32,000 nt of DNA. It comes from Candidatus Saccharimonadota bacterium. GTDB taxonomy: Bacteria; Bacillota_I; Bacilli_A; Mycoplasmatales; Hepatoplasmataceae. Shown here piece after piece: positions 22,592 through 31,644 of this stretch (positions are counted from its first letter, which is position 1; each line of letters opens with the position of its first letter). The stretch spans positions 180,001 to 212,000 of the forward strand of contig AP027131.1 in assembly GCA_027925225.1 (NCBI GenBank), read 5' to 3'. Both the position numbers and the translations under genes were made by a program. Under the pieces are notes generated by a model. That model had not been told where the DNA came from, made no database searches, and was given only the letters and a program-made list of their open reading frames with translations.

Positions 22592-22622
22592 AAAAAAATA
22601 GAGTATTTCTCTATTTTTTTTT
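22592..22622 (+). terminator. Rho-independent terminator after hup
   Basis: A hairpin forms from ATAGAG (22598-22603), loop TATTT, and CTCTAT (22609-22614). It is flanked by an A-run upstream and a run of 8 T downstream. Confidence 0.6.
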
Positions 22623-22705
22623 ATATTTTTCTTGAAAAAAAGAAGATTTTATCAAGAAAATAAAATATAATAATAGATATATTAAAAAAGAAGGATTAAA
22701 TTAAA

Positions 22706-23419
22706 ATGTCAGATTGAGCTTTATTTGGAATAATAATGGGAATTATCCTTTCATTAGGTATTATTTCTCAAATTGTTTCTTCTAATTTTAAAAAAAAGAG
22801 AATGGAGTATTCTTCTATACCTTCTTCAGCAAGTAAAACTGGTGCACAGGTAGCTGAAGAGATTTTGTCTAAAAATAATATAAAAAATGTTCAAATTGTA
22901 AAAGATTCAAAAGAAGGAAGAGATCACTATGATCCTCATAAAAATATAATTGTTCTTTCTCCTTCGGTATATGATTCTTCATCAATTGCGGCAATTGCAA
23001 TAGCAGCTCATGAAACAGGACATGCCATTCAATGAGGTCACAGAGAGATTGGTATTAGAATAAGAGACACAATAGCGAAACCAGTAATGATTGTGAACCA
23101 GCTTACAAGTGCTGTATTATCTATGTGAATTTTATTGGCTATCTTTGGTGTTTTTGTTGAAGCGGTACTTTGACTTGGGCTTGTAATGTATGCATCAACT
23201 GCAATTTTTCAATTAGCTACACTTCCTGTTGAATATGGAGCAAGTAGAAAAGCCAAACAACAACTTATAGAATTAGGTTATACTTCAAATCCCGATGAAA
23301 TAGCTGGAACAAAATCTCTTTTAACAGCAGCGGCTAATACTTATTTAATTGCAACTTTAAGTACACTAATAATGTTGGCAACATATATTCTACTTATTCT
23401 TGCAAGAAGTAGAAGATAA
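22706..23419 (+). CDS. YugP-like membrane zinc metallopeptidase (Zn_peptidase_2 family)
   Basis: The ATG at 22706 is in frame with track ORFs 22736.. and 23186.. through TGA codons, giving 237 aa. The blocks TGAQVAEEIL, DHYDP, HETGHAIQ and LPVEYGASRKA are collinear with B. subtilis YugP. Confidence 0.85.
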
Positions 23420-23440
23420 TATATAATTTAATAAAAATTA

Positions 23441-24028
23441 ATGAATACCGAACAACTTTTAATTGATGGGGTTTTAAATTTAGAAAGTTTGCTTTTGAAA
23501 AAAAGCAATCATTTAAAACTTGAAGCAGAAGAAATAATTTTTATTTTAAAAATTATTCCTATTTTAAAAAAAAATAAAATTACAGAAAAAGAAATTTATA
23601 AAAAGTTAATAATTAAAAAAAAGGATTTAGATACATATCTTTCAAGTCTTTTAAAGAATAAATATGTAAAAACTTTTTTTAGAAAATCTGAAGATAATGT
23701 TATTTTTGATTTTTTCCCACTTTGAGAAAAACTTTTACAATTTTATCAAACACCAACAGAAGATTCAACTTTTGAAGAGAAAAGTAAATGATTTTTAAAT
23801 ATGTTAGATTTTGAAAATGATTCTTATATTTTAGAGACATTATCTAAATGAATAAATGAAAAAGATTTTAAACATATTGTTGATCTTGTAAGTAAGGTAC
23901 AATTATCAGAATTAAAAAACATTTCCTGAAATAGCTTTGTTACAATTCATGATAAATTATTTGAAAAAAATACAAAAAATAATAAAAATACATTAAAAGA
24001 AATAATAAACTTAAATTGATTAGAGTAA
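23441..24028 (+). CDS. Hypothetical protein, possibly a DnaD/DnaB_2-like replication helper
   Basis: Track ORF 23441..23725 extends through five TGA codons to the TAA at 24026, giving 195 aa. The N-terminal part looks like a winged helix. The C-terminal part is Trp-punctuated (SKWINEKDFKHIVDLVSK...ISWNSF) and only loosely DnaB_2-like. Confidence 0.4.
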
Positions 24029-24071
24029 AAAAAATTATTTATAGGATATATAAATTTTAAGAATATTTAAA

Positions 24072-24272
24072 ATGAAAAATAAAAATTTAAAAATTAACGA
24101 CAAAAAATTATTTTATGATGAATATTTAGAAGAAATTAAAAAATTAAATGATGATATTTTAAATAACAAACCTATTTGGGGCGGAATGAAAAATTCTTCT
24201 AAAGAAGTAAAAATAATTTTAAAAGATGATAATGATTTAAGAGAAGAAACTAAATTTAATATTCTAATTTAG
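24072..24272 (+). CDS. Small hypothetical protein (66 aa)
   Basis: This is an intact ATG-to-TAG ORF in a gap not otherwise occupied. I recognise no motif and no clear RBS. Confidence 0.35.
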   Translation: MKNKNLKINDKKLFYDEYLEEIKKLNDDILNNKPIWGGMKNSSKEVKIILKDDNDLREETKFNILI

Positions 24273-24331
24273 AAAGACCAATTTTTTTTTAGAAAAAAAA
24301 GATATATATTTTTAATATCAATATTTTTTAT

Positions 24332-24769
24332 TTAATTAAAAATATTGGTTATATTATTGATTTCTATATTTATTGTTTTTAAAATTATATTTTCCTTTGA
24401 AATACTTTTCATTTTACTATTTTTAATTATTTCTCTAAAATCATTTATATTTGTGTAACAAATTTTTTCTTCATTTATAAGATAAAATATAATCAATGAA
24501 ATTCCTCCCAATTTATCAATTATTTCTAATTGTTCTAATTGATGTTTTTTTAATCTTCTAAATTCAAAATTTTTTGTAATGGTTTTAATTTCTATTAAAA
24601 TAAATTTTTGATTATATATTCCAATAAAATCACAAAGTGCTTTTTTAGCATAAATTATTTTTTTATCTTTTGTTATTCTTATTGGTGTTGGTGATTTAAT
24701 AAAATAACCATTTTTTATTTTATTTAATTCTTTTTCTATAATATTTTCAATTCTTTTTCCATTGTTCAT
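24332..24769 (-). CDS. recU: Holliday-junction resolvase RecU-like (PD-(D/E)xK)
   Basis: The protein is 145 aa. The blocks G..IEN.I....N......YFIKSPTPIRI, CDFIGIY, ILIEIKT and KKHQLEQL are collinear with RecU (KKPTP, TDYNGIY, DFEAKET, HQ). Confidence 0.6.
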   Translation of the reverse strand: MNNGKRIENIIEKELNKIKNGYFIKSPTPIRITKDKKIIYAKKALCDFIGIYNQKFILIEIKTITKNFEFRRLKKHQLEQLEIIDKLGGISLIIFYLINEEKICYTNINDFREIIKNSKMKSISKENIILKTINIEINNITNIFN

Positions 24770-24858
24770 TTATATAAAGTTATTTAATGTTAATTATTTT
24801 TTCTTATTTTTAAATTTAAAGTATTTCCATCCTTATATAATTTTTTTGGTGATAAATA

Positions 24859-27300
24859 ATGAGTATAACAAAAAATTTTGATGGATTTGTTGAAAGAATA
24901 GATTATAATAAAATAATTTTTAAAGATGATAAAGTAAAATTTGTTGAAAAATTACAAAAATTAGAAAATTTTGCAAATGAATCTGAAAAAAGAATATTAG
25001 AAAATTCTTCATATATTTCTACAGATTTAAGACAATTATTAGAAATATTTTTAGAGAGATTTATTTTTTTAAGAGTAAAAGAAAATTATAAAGAAATTGA
25101 TAATAGTGAATATTTAAATTCAATTTTAGAAGACAAAATAAAATATTTGGATAAACTTGGTTATTTACCAAAATATATAAAAAATATCTTATTTTGAATT
25201 AAAAATAGAACTAATGATAATTTACATTATAAAAAAGACGACGGAGAAGCAGAAGCAATTAAATTTAATAAATCATCACTTGTTGATTCTTTACAAAATA
25301 TTTATAATCTTTTGTATTGATATTTTGGAGAAAGAAAATTAAGAGAATTTAATTCAAGTAGATATTATAAAATAACCGACGAAAGAGAACCGAATGCCGA
25401 GGTTAAAGTAAAGGAAATTTTTCCAGATGAAAAATTTAAAAATATTGTAATCAATGATCAAAAAATATTAAATATTTTATTTGATAAAAAAATAAAATTT
25501 ATTATTCCTAATTATCAAAGAAAATATGCATGAACCGAAGAAGAAATTGATGAATTATTTTTAGACTTAAAAAAAAGTGTAAAATATGAAAAAAATCATT
25601 TTTTTGGTTTTGTCATTTTAAGTAATCTAGGAATATCAAAAAAGAAAATAAATATAGCTAAAGTTATTGATGGGCAGCAAAGATTTACAACAATAACTTT
25701 AATTGTAAGAGCACTTTATAATACTTATAATAGTTTAAATAAAAACAAAAAAATTGATGAAAATCTTACAAATTTTTTAACAAATAAGAATATTCCAATT
25801 GATAGATTTGATAATGAAAATTCAAAAATTGTTTTTAAAAAAATTTGAAATGGAAGTCATAGGGAATTATATGATCCTCAAAGATATAAAATTGAAGGTG
25901 ATTATGAAGATTTCACAAATACAAAAATTTTTAAAGCTTTTTCTTATATATTAAAAATAATTAAAAAATATAATGAAGAAGAATTAGATGATCTTTATAC
26001 TGGTTTAAGAAATTTGGTTGTTGGTGTAAGTTGAATTAAAAACTATGATGAATTTGAATTATTTGAATCAATTAATTCAAAAGGTTTAAGACTTACTAAT
26101 TTTGATATTTTTAAAAGTTTTATTTTATCATTAGCCGATAAAAGCGGCGATGAGGATTTTGAATTATATGAAAAAGAGTCAAATTTGCTTTCTAATTTAT
26201 TTGAAGAATACATTTCAAATAAATTAACTTTTATTGAAAAAAAAGGTGATGATTTTGAAGAAGTAACTGATAATTTTTTCTTGTCTTATGTTAAATATTA
26301 TTCAAATGAAAAACCTAATAAAAATAGAATTTTTACACAATTTAAAAGAGAGTTTAATAAAAAGTTAGAAAAAAAATTTAATAAAATAAAAGATTTCTAT
26401 CTTGATGAATTTACAGAGATTTTATATGAATTATCAATTTATTTAAATGCATTTCTTTTAACTGAAAGTGGTAAAAAAGAAGTGTGGAAAAAAAGTGTTG
26501 CACTAAAGAATTATTATAAATATTTTTATTCTTATGAAGCTACTGTTTTTTCACCAATTTTAATAAGTTATTTTTTAAAAAGCAAAAATATAATTTATTC
26601 AGAACATGGGAACATAGTTAAATTAAACGAAGAAAATGAATTAATAAAAATTTTAAAACTTATAGAAGCATGAAGAATAAGAGTTCTTATTTGTACAAAG
26701 CACAATAATCAAATAAATATAAGTGGGATGCCAAATTTTATAAAAAAATTTAACAAAAAATATAATGATAATAATATTGAAAATTTTTATGAAATTCTCA
26801 AAAAAGCAATTGATGATGAAAAAGATGGATTATTAGAATACTCAACAGACAATGAGTTTTTATTTTCCTTACAAGAGCCAATTGATAATTTTAGTACTAT
26901 AAAAAATATTATTTTTAAAATAATTCAAAATAATGATGCTGATTTTGATGTATATAATCAAGAAAAATATGATGTTTATTCATTGATAGAAAAAACTGAA
27001 AAAAAGAGAGGAGAGTATTCAAAAGAATTTTTAAATTTAACAGAAGAAAAATTGTCAAAATTAGGAAATTATTTTTTTCACAGTAAAATAAAATTAAAAA
27101 GAAAAAAAGAATATTCTATATCTTCTTTAAATTATTTAAATGACGACAATTTTACTACTAATATAAATAATAAATTTGAAGTTTTAAGTGTAAAAGATTT
27201 AATTAAATATAAAAATAAAGATATAGATGACTATATTATTCCTCGTACAAAAACTATTGCAATAAATGCAGTAAAATTATTTAAAACACCAGAAGATTAG
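24859..27300 (+). CDS. DUF4145-DUF262 (GmrS/ParB-like NTPase) fusion protein with a possibly decayed DUF1524-like C-terminus, 813 aa
   Basis: Track ORFs 24859.., 26185.. and 26728.. and the unlisted stretch 25198-26184 share frame 1 and are joined by six TGA codons. The DUF262 signatures are IPNYQRKYAWTEEEIDELFLDL (25504-), VIDGQQRFTTITLI (25669-) and LFESINSKGLRLTNFDIFKS. The N-terminal part is DUF4145-like (LRQLLEIFLERF...LGYLPKYIKNILFWIKNRTNDNLHY). Confidence 0.8.
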
Positions 27301-27322
27301 TCTTTTAGGGTGTTTTTTAAGG

Positions 27323-27328
27323 TATAAT
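27323..27328 (+). promoter_or_regulatory. Candidate -10 box (TATAAT) for rnpB
   Basis: The TATAAT lies 6-8 nt upstream of the first nucleotide of the predicted P1 stem. No convincing -35 element was found. Confidence 0.4.
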
Positions 27329-27334
27329 TATATA

Positions 27335-27693
27335 TGACTATCAACCAACCGCTGATACAAAATTATTGTATTAGAGGAAAGTCCATGCTGGTACAAACTG
27401 CGATGTTTGTAGTGTTTGTGAGGTAGGAAGAAATAACTACCTAGACAAGAGAAGTACTTGTTATGACATGAATAAACCTAAAGCTTTTGCTACGGTAAAT
27501 TCTATAAAGTGCCACAGGAACGATGTTAAGGGAAACCTTAAATTGAAACGAGGTAAACTCCACAAACCAGTAATCCAAAATTTGGTAGGAGCACCGAGAT
27601 AGGGAAATTGAACTAAATCTTGGAGTAATAATTAGTCATACTAATATTGCTAGATAAATGGTTGGTAAAACAAAACATGGCTTATGATAGTTA
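27335..27693 (+). ncRNA. rnpB: RNase P RNA (bacterial, likely type B)
   Basis: The universally conserved CR-I block GAGGAAAGTCC (about 27375) and the CR-V block ACAAAACATGGCTTA (about 27670) are both present. P1 pairing is ACTATCA (27337-27343) with TGATAGT (27685-27691). The region is locally GC-richer and non-coding in all frames. Confidence 0.9.
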
Positions 27694-27699
27694 AAACTT

Positions 27700-27738
27700 A
27701 ACAGCAACATAAATGAAAATTAATGTTGCTGTTTTTTA
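27700..27738 (+). terminator. Rho-independent terminator after rnpB
   Basis: A 10-bp stem forms from ACAGCAACAT (27701-27710) and ATGTTGCTGT (27723-27732), followed by a T-run. Confidence 0.75.
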
Positions 27739-27793
27739 TTGTATGGAATAATAATAGAATCTTTTATTATAATTTATATTATTAGGTAAAAAT

Positions 27794-28312
27794 ATGAATG
27801 TTGGTGGAATAGTTTTTCTTTGTATATTCTTTGGAATTGTTGGATTTCTTATTTTTCTTGCTATTTGAGGTTCAAGAAAAGATAAAAACAAGCGTCAAAG
27901 GGAAGTTGTTAAAAGAAAAAAAGATGATAATCTTTCTAAAGTAAAACATATTGAGCTTTATTTAAAGCTTTATTTTCTTATAGAAGATTTAGAAAAAAGA
28001 ATAAAATTTTTTGATCCACTTACAGGTATTTATTCAATTGGTGATATTAATAGAAATTTTTCACAAGCAATTCTGGAAATTAAAAATTCTGCAGATCTTA
28101 AAGATGTTTTTTTATTTGAAGAAAGAAAAGATGAATTTAAACCTATTGTTGATGAATTATCTTCTATAAGACCAACAAAATGAGAAAGCGAATCTATATT
28201 TGCAGTAAATATAATTAAAGCAAAATCACAATTTATAGTAAAAGACCCAAAAAATATTGAATATGTTAAAATAGCAAAGGAATGAGTTAAAAATAAAGCC
28301 AAAAAAGAATAA
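27794..28312 (+). CDS. Hypothetical membrane-anchored protein (N-terminal TM helix)
   Basis: The frame is open from the ATG at 27794 to the TAA at 28310 with four TGA codons, giving 172 aa. The gene is not in the ORF track. The N-terminus MNVGGIVFLCIFFGIVGFLIFLAIW is a TM helix followed by a basic stretch. The track ORF 28030..28302 on the minus strand is its antisense shadow. Confidence 0.6.
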
Positions 28313-28313
28313 A

Positions 28314-29030
28314 ATGAACAAAGAAGACTTGCCAGATAATAAAAAAGAAGACACCAATAAAACTATTGTTAAAACAGGAAAACAATATAGACAAGATAAT
28401 TATAATTTTCCAAATGTACTTATTTTATTAAGATTTGTTTTAACAATAGTTTTATGAATATTATTATCATTAATACCAATGAGTATTGATAAAGGTCAAT
28501 ATTTTGATATTCTTAATGGTTCTATTATTTCTTATTATTTAATTGCTTCGCTTTTTATATTTCTATTAGCATCATTTACAGATTTTTTAGATGGTCATTT
28601 AGCAAGAAAAAGAAATCAAATTACTAATTTTGGTAAATTCTTTGATCCATTAGCAGATAAAATTTTAATTAATTCTGTTTTAATATTTTTTGCTGCTTAT
28701 GCCTATATTCCAATTTGGGTTGCAGTAGTTTTTATTACTAGAGATGTTTTAGTAAGCGGATTAAGAATGATGCTTGCCACAAAAAGCAAAACTTTAGCAG
28801 CAAATAAATATGGTAAATTTAAAACATTATTACAAGTACTGGGACTTACAATAGTTTTTATAATTCATCCAGAACCAGTATCAATAACAAATAATTCAAA
28901 TGCATTTTTTAGATATGATTATGGTAGTATTTTACAAACAGGAATAATAATTCTTTACATAGGTTTAGGTGTTTCAATTTATTCTGGTATAAAATATTAT
29001 TATGATAATTGAAAATATTTAGAGGACTAA
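28314..29030 (+). CDS. pgsA: CDP-diacylglycerol--glycerol-3-phosphate 3-phosphatidyltransferase
   Basis: The ATG at 28314 is in frame with track ORF 28479.., and the stop is at 29028, giving 238 aa. The CDP-alcohol phosphotransferase motif is DFLDGHLARKRNQITNFGKFFDPLADK. Confidence 0.9.
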
Positions 29031-29031
29031 G

Positions 29032-29382
29032 ATGAAAAAAAAGGATGCTAATTTAAAAGTAACAAAAGAAGAAAAAGAAAAACAAGATAAAAAGAAATTA
29101 ACATCAGAACAAAAAAAAGAAATGCGTATTTTTATGTATAAAGGTGTTTTTTGAATATGTATAATTGGGTTCTTTATGATTATGATAAGTATAATAATAT
29201 ATCCTAGCACATTAGGAGATGGTGAAACAACCGAAAATGGTTTATTAATTTTTGGTTATACAATGTTGGGTGTAACTTTTCTTGCAATAAACATATTAGG
29301 TTATTACAGCGGGATTTATAAAAAAATTTATGGAAAATTTAAATCAAAATCTAAAAATATTTCTATCACAAATAAAAAATAA
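29032..29382 (+). CDS. Small two-TM membrane protein (hypothetical)
   Basis: The ATG at 29032 is in frame with track ORF 29176..29382 through one TGA, giving 116 aa. The protein has a Lys-rich N-terminus followed by two hydrophobic helices. Confidence 0.5.
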
Positions 29383-29812
29383 AAATTTAAAACTTTCTGT
29401 TGCTGAATCAGTAACAGGAGGGAAATTTGCGAGTTTAATTACTTCGATTTCTGGGGCAAGTAATTATTTTAAGCTTGGAATTATTTGTTATTCAAATGAA
29501 GCAAAGAAAAAAATTTTAAAAATAGATCAATTAATTTTAAAAAATAAAGGCGCTGTTTCAAAAGAGACTGCTGAAGCTATGCTTAGAGGGATTTTAAAAT
29601 TAATTTCAGTTGATTTTGCTTTATCTTTTACAGGTAACGCTGGACCAAGCATTATGGAAGACAAAGAATTGGGTTTAAGTTATATTGGAATTTATTATAA
29701 GGGTAAATTTGAAATTTTTAAATACAAATCAATGCTAAAAAATAGAAAAAAAATAATTTTAGATACAATAAATTATTCTCTAGAAGAATCAATAAAGATT
29801 TTAGAAAAATAA
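29330..29812 (+). CDS. cinA: CinA C-terminal-domain protein / nicotinamide-nucleotide amidohydrolase PncC-like (stand-alone)
   Basis: The protein is 160 aa. The motifs LSVAESVTGG, YSNEAK, GAVS.ETA..M and SFTGNAGP are present, and the gene sits immediately upstream of recA. Confidence 0.85.
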   Translation: MENLNQNLKIFLSQIKNKNLKLSVAESVTGGKFASLITSISGASNYFKLGIICYSNEAKKKILKIDQLILKNKGAVSKETAEAMLRGILKLISVDFALSFTGNAGPSIMEDKELGLSYIGIYYKGKFEIFKYKSMLKNRKKIILDTINYSLEESIKILEK

Positions 29813-29844
29813 GAATATTTATTATTATTTAATAGTTTTAAATT

Positions 29845-30816
29845 ATGAATGAAAACGATATCAAAGAAATAATTAAAAATATTGAAAAAGATTTTGGAAA
29901 AGAATCTGTAATTAATTTTTTTAAAAATAAAAATGATGAAAAAATTTCAGCAATTTCAACAGGTTCCTATTTAATTGATGAAATTACTGGAATAAATGGT
30001 TATCCAAAAGGTAGAATTATTGAAATATTTGGTCCAGAATCTTCAGGTAAAACAACTCTTGCACTCCATTCTATAGCTTCTGCGCAAAAAAATGGAATAA
30101 TTTCTGCTTTTATTGATGCAGAACATTCAATTGATGTTTCTTTTGCGCAAAGAATTGGTGTAGATATTAAATCATTAATAATTTCTCAACCAAATTCTGG
30201 CGAACAAGCATTAGAACTTGTTGAACATCTTTTAAATACAAAAAAAATTGGTTTAATTGTTATTGATTCAGTAGCGGCACTAACCCCTCAAGAAGAAATT
30301 GATGGAAATATTTCAGATAAAACAGTTGGTTTACAAGCAAGGCTTATGGCAAAGTCTTTAAGAAAACTTAATTCTATAATTTCAGATACAAAAGCAGTTG
30401 TTATTTTTATTAATCAAATAAGAGAAAAAATTGGAGTAATTTTTGGTAATCCTGAAATAACACCCGGTGGAAGAGCATTAAAATTTTATTCAACACTTCG
30501 AATTGAAACAAGGTTGAAAGAAAGAGTGGGGACACAAAATAATTTAATTGGACAAAAAACTACTGTAAAAATAATAAAAAATAAATTAGCAGTTCCTTAT
30601 AAAAAAACTGAAGTTTTAATTTATTTTGATAAAGGAATTAATAATGAGGAAGAAATTCTTGAATTAGCTTTAAAATCTGAAGTTTTAACTAAAAATGGTT
30701 CTTGATATTTTTATAAAAACAAAAAAATTGCTCAAGGAAAAAATGAAACATTAAATAAACTTAAAATTGAAAATTTATTTGAGGAAATAAAAAAAGAAAC
30801 TTTAAAAAAAATGTAA
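29845..30816 (+). CDS. recA: Recombinase RecA
   Basis: Walker A is GPESSGKTT. The blocks FIDAEH, VIDSVAAL, GLQARLMAKSLRKL and FINQIREKIGV are present. Extension through one TGA to the TAA at 30814 gives 323 aa. Confidence 0.95.
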
Positions 30817-30853
30817 ATTAAGTTTTACATTTTGCTTGTATTATAATTCTAGT

Positions 30854-31639
30854 ATGATAAATATTGTACTTATTGGTGATATTTTTGGTAAAGAAGGAAA
30901 AGAATTTGTTGCCAAAAAGATTTATTTTATTAAAAAAAAATATAACCCTGATGTAATTATTGCTAATGGTGAAAATGTTTCCTTTGGTGGGAAATCGATG
31001 ATAAAAGAAGATTATATTTTCTTAAAAAATTCAGGAATTAATTATTTTACGATGGGAAATCATACTTTTAGAAATTTAAAAATAAATGAATATATAGATG
31101 AAACAAATGATTTAGTAAGACCAGCAAACTATATAGAAAATGTTAAGGGAAAAGGTTTTTTGACATTTGAATTAAAAGGTAAAAAAGTTTTGCTTTTTAA
31201 CCTTTTAGGTGAAACATTTATGAATATAAAGGTTAAAAATCCTTTTAAAAAAGCAGATGAAATTTTAAGTAAAAATAAATATGATATTGCAATTTTAGAT
31301 TTTCATGCTGAAACAACTTCAGAAAAAATAGTTTTAGGGAATTATCTTTCAAATAGAATTAATATTTTTGTTGGCACACACACACATATTCAAACTTCAG
31401 ATGAAAGAATTTTAAATAATAAAATGGCTTATATTACAGATTTAGGAATGTGTGGAGTTTTTGATTCTGCAATTGGAATGGATTTTCATGCTGTAACAAA
31501 TAGACTTATTCATCAAGGCAAAGGAGAAAGATTTATAGAGGCCAGAGGAGGAAAAAAAGTCCTTTGTGGACTTTTTGTTCAATTAGATTCTTTTAATTTA
31601 AAAGTTAATAAAATTGAAAGAATTCAAATTAGAGAATAA
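30854..31639 (+). CDS. ymdB: YmdB-like metallophosphoesterase (2',3'-cyclic-nucleotide phosphodiesterase family)
   Basis: The sequence MINIVLIGDIFGKEGKEFV...VIIANGENVSFGGKSM...TMGNHTF...DFHAETTSEK...GTHTH matches the YmdB/TIGR00282 layout. I prefer the ATG at 30854 over the TTG at 30836 used in the track. Confidence 0.85.
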   Translation: MINIVLIGDIFGKEGKEFVAKKIYFIKKKYNPDVIIANGENVSFGGKSMIKEDYIFLKNSGINYFTMGNHTFRNLKINEYIDETNDLVRPANYIENVKGKGFLTFELKGKKVLLFNLLGETFMNIKVKNPFKKADEILSKNKYDIAILDFHAETTSEKIVLGNYLSNRINIFVGTHTHIQTSDERILNNKMAYITDLGMCGVFDSAIGMDFHAVTNRLIHQGKGERFIEARGGKKVLCGLFVQLDSFNLKVNKIERIQIRE

Positions 31640-31644
31640 ATTTT

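Noticed and set aside
24072-24769. The small 66-aa ORF and the convergent recU might form a toxin-antitoxin-like pair or be part of the DUF262 system.
   Set aside because: The genes are convergent and not co-transcribed. RecU is a normal housekeeping resolvase, and the small ORF has no recognisable motif. There is no sequence evidence for a functional link.
30836-30853. The track uses TTG starts for ymdB (30836) and for the Sau3AI-like gene (5360).
   Set aside because: In-frame ATG codons 6 and 3 codons downstream (30854 and 5351) give N-termini that match family expectations better (MINIVLIGD for YmdB). The TTG starts cannot be excluded.
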